Below are positions 59,562 to 64,000 of a DNA stretch of 64,000 bases, in pieces. Position 1 is the first letter of the stretch, and each line of letters begins with the position of its first letter. Made by a program: the position numbers and the translations under genes. The stretch covers positions 17,376,001 to 17,440,000 of the forward strand of contig CP068257.2 in NCBI GenBank assembly GCA_009914755.4, read 5' to 3'. Source of the stretch: the human T2T-CHM13v2.0 reference genome, Homo sapiens. Under the pieces are notes generated by a model that worked only from the letters and a program-made list of their open reading frames with translations, did not search any database and was not told the origin of the DNA.

Positions 59562-60314
59562 CTGAAGATATTTCTAAGTAGCAAAGCATTAAGAGGTAGT
59601 CTGGCTGCTTCTAGCAACCTAAGCTCACATGTGGGAGCAAGAAAATAACTCAAATTAGAAATTCATATTTAACAGTAAAGCAAAGCGTAAAAATTTGGAA
59701 AAATTTGCAGCCTTGCAAGTGGCAGAGAAAGAAAGAGCTTTTTTAGCAACAGGAATTCAAGCAGGGTATGAAGCAACCACTTGTTAAAGAAATTTGCATA
59801 ACTAAAAGGGAGCCAAATGCTGACAGCCAAAACAAGGAAGAAAAGGCCTGGAAGGTATTTGAGAAACCTTCACAGCAACCCCTCCCATCACATTCTCTAA
59901 GGCCTAGGAGGGAAGAATAGTTTCCTGGGCCAGACCAAGGGCCCCTCTGGCCTGCACAATTTTGGGACACTGCTTCCCTCATCCCAGTTGCTTGGGTTCA
60001 GCCTTGTCTCAAAGGGCCCCAGATGCTGCTTGTGCTGCTGCTTTGGAGAGCACAAACTACCTTAAGCCCTGATGACTTACATTTGTTTTTAAGCCTGTTG
60101 GTACACACAGTGCAAGAATAAATGAGACCAAGCACCCTCTGCCTAGGTTTCAGGAGATACATGGAAAAGCCTTGGTGCCCAGGCAGGAACCTGCATCGGG
60201 GGAGAGCCCTCACAGAGAATCTTACTAGGGCAGTGTGAAGGGAATTTTTGGGGTTGGAGACACCACACAGAGTCTCCAATGGAACACTGTCTAGTGGAAT
60301 TGTGATAAGGGAGC
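59562..60314 (+). mobile_element. MaLR internal region, copy 1, part 2 (after the L1), with its 3' end deleted before the next LTR
   Basis: taagtagcaaagcattaagaggt... parallels copy 2 at 61058 onward. The last segment ...ggaattgtgataagggagctga corresponds to copy 2 at about 61725, leaving about 540 bp missing before the LTR. Confidence 0.65.
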
Positions 60315-60686
60315 TGATATGATTTGGCTCTGTGACCCTACCCAAATCTCATCTTGAATTGTACTCCCATAATTTCCACATGTTGTGGGAGGGACCCCAT
60401 GGGAGATAATTGAATCATGGGGGCAGTTTCCTCTATACTGTTATCATGGTAGTAAATAAGTCCCATGAGACCTGTCGGTTTTATCAGGGGTTTTCCGCTT
60501 TTGTGTCGTCTTCATTTCTCTCTTTGCCTGCTGCCATCCATGTAAGATGGGACGTGCTCCTCCCTTTCTTCCGCCAAAATTGTGAGGCTTCCCCAGCCAC
60601 TTGAAACTGTATTAAACTTCTGACTTTTGTAAATTGCCCACTCTCGGGTATGTCTTTATCAGCAGTGTGAAAATGGACTAATACAG
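60315..60686 (+). mobile_element. THE1/MST-family MaLR LTR shared between internal copies 1 and 2
   Basis: tgatatgatttggctctgtgaccctacccaaatctcatcttgaattgtactcccataatttccacatgttgtgggagggaccccatgggagataattgaatcatgggggcag ... attgtgaggcttccccagccac ... gtaaattgcccactctcgggtatgtctttatcagcagtgtgaaaatggactaatacag. Confidence 0.75.
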
Positions 60687-62253
60687 TAAATTGGTACCAG
60701 TAGAGTGTGGCTCTGCTGGGAAGATACCCAAAAATGTAGCAGCAACTTTGGAACTGGGTAACAAGTAGAGGTTGAAACAGTTTGGAGGGCTCAGAAGACA
60801 GGAAAATGTGGGAAAGTTTGGAACTTTCTAGAGACTTGTTGAATGGCTTTAGCCAAAATGCTGATCGCAATATGGATAATAAGGTCCAAGCTGAGATGGT
60901 CTCAGATGGAGATGAAGAACTTGTTGGAAACTGGAGCAAAGCTGACTCTTGTTATGTTTTAGCAAAGAGACTGGCAGCATTTTGCCCCTGCCCTAGAGAT
61001 TTGTGCAACTTTGAACTTGAGATAGATAATTTAAGGTATCTGGTAGAAGAAATTTCTAAGCAGCAAAGCATTCAAGAGGTGACTTGAGTGCTATTAAAAG
61101 AACTAAGTTTTAAAAGGAAAACAGAGTATAGAAGTTTGAAAAATGTGCAACCTGACAATGTGATAGTAAAGAAAATCCAATTTTCTGAGGAGAAATTCAA
61201 GCAGACTGCACAAATTTGCCTAAGAAACAAGGAGCCAAATGTTAATCCCCAAGACAATGGGGAAAATGTCTCCAGGGCATGTCAGAGGTCTTCAGCTAGC
61301 CCCTCCCATCACAGGCTCAGAGGCCTAGGAGAAGAAGTGATTTTGTGGGCTGTGCCCAGGGTCTCTGTGCTAAGTGCAGCCTAAGTAATTGGTGCCCTGC
61401 ATCCCAGTCACTCCAGCAGAGGATGAAAGGGGCCAATGTAGAGCTTGGGCCATGGCTTCAGAGGGAGGAAGCCCCACGTGTTGGCAGCTTCCATGTGGTG
61501 TTGAGCCTGTGAGTGCACAGAAGTAAAGGATTGAGGTTTGGGAACCTCAATCTAGATTTCAGAAGATGTATGGAAACACCTGGATGTCCAGACAGAAGTT
61601 TGCTGCAGGGTTGGAGCTTTCATGAAGAATCTCTGCTCAGGCAGTATGGAAGGGAAATGTGGGGTTGAAGCCCCTACACGGAGTCCCTACTGGGATGCTA
61701 CCTAGTGGAGCTGTGAGAAGAGGGTCCTCCAGACCCGAGAATGGTAGATCCACCAACAGCTTGCGCTTTGCACCTGGAAAAGCCGCAGACACTCAACACC
61801 AGCCCATGAAAGCGGCCAGGAGGGAGGCTGTACCTTGCAAAACCACAGGGACAGAGCTTCCCAAGACCATGGGAACCCACCACTTGTATCAGCGTGACCC
61901 GAATGTGAGACATGGAGCCAAAGGAGATCATTTTGGAGTTTTAAGATGTGACATCCTTGCTGGATTTCCGACTTGCATGGGCCCCGTAGCCCCTTTGTTT
62001 CGGCCAGTTTCTCCCATTTGAAACATTGTATTTAACCAATGTCTGTACTTCCATTTTAACTAGGAGATAACTAGCTTGCTTTTGATTGTACAGCCTCATA
62101 GGAGAAAAAGACTTGCCTTATCTCAGATGAGACTTTGGACTGTGGACTTTTGAGTTGATTCTGAAATGAGTTAAGAGTTTGGGGTACTGTTGGGAAGGCA
62201 TGATTGGTTTTGAAATGTAAGGACATGAAATTTGGCAGGGGCCAGGGGTGGAA
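60687..62253 (+). mobile_element. MaLR internal region, copy 2, apparently full length at about 1.57 kb
   Basis: Starts taaattggtaccagtagagtg (PBS-adjacent region) and ends ...aggacatgaaatttggcaggggccaggggtggaa immediately before the next LTR. No pol-like ORF, as expected for a non-autonomous MaLR. Confidence 0.7.
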
Positions 62254-62640
62254 TGATATGATTTGGCTCTGTGTCCCCAGCCATATCTCATATTGAATTG
62301 TACTCCCACAATCCCTCATGTTGTGGGAGGGACCTGGTGGGAGAAAATTGAATCATGGGGGCAGTTTCCTCCATATTGTTCTTATGGTAGTAAATAAGTC
62401 TCATGAAATCTGATGGTTTTATCAGGGATTTCTGCTTTTGTGTCTTCCTCATTTCTCTCTTTGCCTGCTGTCATCCATGTAAGACAGGACATGCTTCTCC
62501 TTGCCTCCTGCCATGATTGTGAGGCTTCACTTGCCATGTGGAACTGTAAGTCCAATTAAACCTCTTTCTTTTTTTTTTTTTTTTTTTGTAAATTGCCCAG
62601 TGTCCAGTATGTCTTTATCAGTGATAACAGACTAATACAG
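62254..62640 (+). mobile_element. THE1/MST-family MaLR LTR shared between internal copies 2 and 3
   Basis: tgatatgatttggctctgtgtccccagccatatctcatattgaattgtactcccacaatccctcatgttgtgggagggacctggtgggagaaaattgaatcatgggggcag ... gattgtgaggcttcacttgccatgtggaactgtaagtccaattaaacctc...poly-T...gtaaattgcccagtgtccagtatgtctttatcagtgataacagactaatacag. Confidence 0.75.
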
Positions 62641-63872
62641 GGACCCCCATAATTCAGACTCTAGAATAGGAGATCCACCAGCTGCCTGCACTCTGCACCT
62701 GGAAAAGCCACAGGCATTCAACTCCAACACACGAGAGCAGGCCTGGGGTTAAACCCTGCAAAGCCACAGGGGTGGAGCTGTTTAAGGCCTTGGGGGCCCA
62801 CCCCTTGACCAGTGTGCCTGGGATGTGGGACATGGAGTCAAAGGATAAAGTTGCCATTGCAAAATTGTAACTGAGACAGTAAAAGAGATCTGACTTATCC
62901 AACTCCATCTTGTTTCTAACCTCCAAGCATTCCTCATTCATTCCTGGGCATAGGCTGAACTAACTTTGGAGGAACTTAGTTTATAGTTTAAAGCAAAGAT
63001 AACAACTCTTTCCCAAAACAAACCTCTTTCTTGCCTGGGGACTAAACTACCTTTGTAAAACTAACAAATTAGCCACAAGATTAGAAATTATAGTATAGGA
63101 GTTATTCAGCTGGAGGTGACAAGATTCTGACAGTCCCTAAACTGCTCCCAAGATCATTGCTTGAGATATTTTGCAGACCCTGTACCTGATGGATCAACTT
63201 GCACCACCTAGATTACTAACTGGCTCAGCTAATCCTGTGGCCCCCAACGCAGGAACGGATTCAGCACAAGCGCACAACTTTCATTTCCTATGATTTCATC
63301 TCTGACCCAACCAATCAGCACTCCCAACTCACTGGCCTTCCTCCAGCCACCAAATTGTTGTTAAAAACTCTGAACGATGAATGCTCTGGAAGACTGATTT
63401 GAGTAATAACAAAGCTCTTGTCTCCTGCACAGCTGGCTCTGTGTGAATTACTCTTTCTCTATTGCAACTCCTCTGTCTTGATAAATCAGCTCTGTCTAGG
63501 CAGAGGGCAAGGTGAACCCACTGGGCAGTTACAAGGAGATTATTTTGAGGCTTTAAGATTTAATGGCTTCCCTGTTGAGCTTTGAACTTGTATGCAGCTT
63601 ATAGCCCCATACTTTGACCAATTTCTCCCTTTTGGAAAGGGAATGTTTATTTAATGCCTATACGCCTGTTGTATCTTGGAAGTAGGTAAATTGTTTTTTA
63701 CTTTACAGAGTGATAAGTATAAGGGACTTGTTTTGTCTCAGATAAATCTTTGGACTGTGGAATTTTGAGTTAATGCTGAAATGAGTAAAGACTTTGGGGA
63801 CGGTTGGGAAGGCATGACTGTATTTTGCAATGTGAGAAAGACATCAGATTTGGGAGGGTCCAGGGGTGGAAT
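62641..63872 (+). mobile_element. MaLR internal region, copy 3 (3' portion only), carrying an about 0.69-kb LTR-like insertion at about 62845-63535
   Basis: Begins ggacccccataattcagactctagaataggagatccaccagctgcctgcactctgcacctggaaaagccacagg, which corresponds to copy 2 at about 61725. After the insertion it resumes ggagattattttgaggctttaagatt, corresponding to copy 2 at about 61925. It ends ...tttgggagggtccaggggtggaat before the next LTR. Confidence 0.55.
62845..63535 (+). mobile_element. Unclassified solo-LTR-like insertion within MaLR internal copy 3
   Basis: Absent from the paralogous internal copy 2. Contains LTR-like R/U5 signals ...ccaatcagcactcccaactcactgg...gagtaataacaaagctcttgtctcctgcacagctggctctgtgtgaattactctttctctattgcaactcc... 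and ends ...gcagttaca. Possible 5-bp TSD aagga. Confidence 0.4.
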
Positions 63873-64000
63873 TATGTAGTTCAGATATTGATGACCATCC
63901 AACGCTCATGTTGAATTGTAATCTGCTATGCTGGTGGTGGGGCCTGATGGGAGATGTTTGGGTTATGGAGGCTGTATTATTCTGTTCTCACATTGATATA
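63873..64000 (+). mobile_element. MST-like MaLR LTR (start only, runs off the window edge)
   Basis: tatgtagttcagatattgatgaccatccaacgctcatgttgaattgtaatctgctatgctggtggtggggcctgatgggagatgtttgggttatggaggc parallels the MSTA-type LTR 5' region. Confidence 0.5.

Noticed and set aside
59998-62021. ORFs of 98-151 aa in the 60-62 kb region (59998-60345, 60484-60939, 60782-61087, 61088-61384, 61659-62021)
   Set aside because: All lie inside MaLR LTR or internal sequence. MaLR internal regions are non-autonomous and non-coding, the same peptides recur in the paralogous copies at 24.1-24.9 kb and 55.0-60.3 kb with stops, and there are no gag, pol or env motifs.

Overview
This window is primate (most likely human) nuclear DNA, not a prokaryotic locus. 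It is AT-rich and gene-poor, and I could not support any protein-coding exon, RNA gene, CRISPR array or operon-like structure from the sequence. The six-frame ORFs are short or low-complexity, except for those lying inside transposable elements: an L1 ORF2 remnant and a Tigger transposase remnant.

The window is dominated by interspersed repeats:
- About 11 Alu or Alu-monomer copies, several with intact target-site duplications (TSDs).
- Five L1 fragments, including a young 4.2-kb 5'-truncated L1PA element on the minus strand at 55361-59561. It carries a near-complete but disrupted ORF2 and a clean 13-17 bp TSD.
- A Tigger1 DNA transposon at 39045-41180, interrupted by a nested L1 3' fragment and an Alu.
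- Many ERVL-MaLR (THE1/MST/MLT1) LTRs and internal segments. At the right end (54608-64000) these form a head-to-tail tandem arrangement in which successive internal regions share LTRs.
- Numerous microsatellites.

Features not explained by named repeat families:
- A near-perfect inverted repeat at 7503-7666, with 57-bp arms differing by one base and a 50-bp spacer, flanked by a 9-bp direct repeat.
- A pair of 190-bp direct repeats, about 95% identical, at 35231-35423 and 38088-38290, each carrying exon-like acceptor and donor signals.
- A GC-rich ERV-like LTR plus leader island at 48117-49140.
- Small recent-looking tandem duplications.

All family assignments come from reading the sequence against remembered consensus sequences, with no database search, so subfamily names are approximate.
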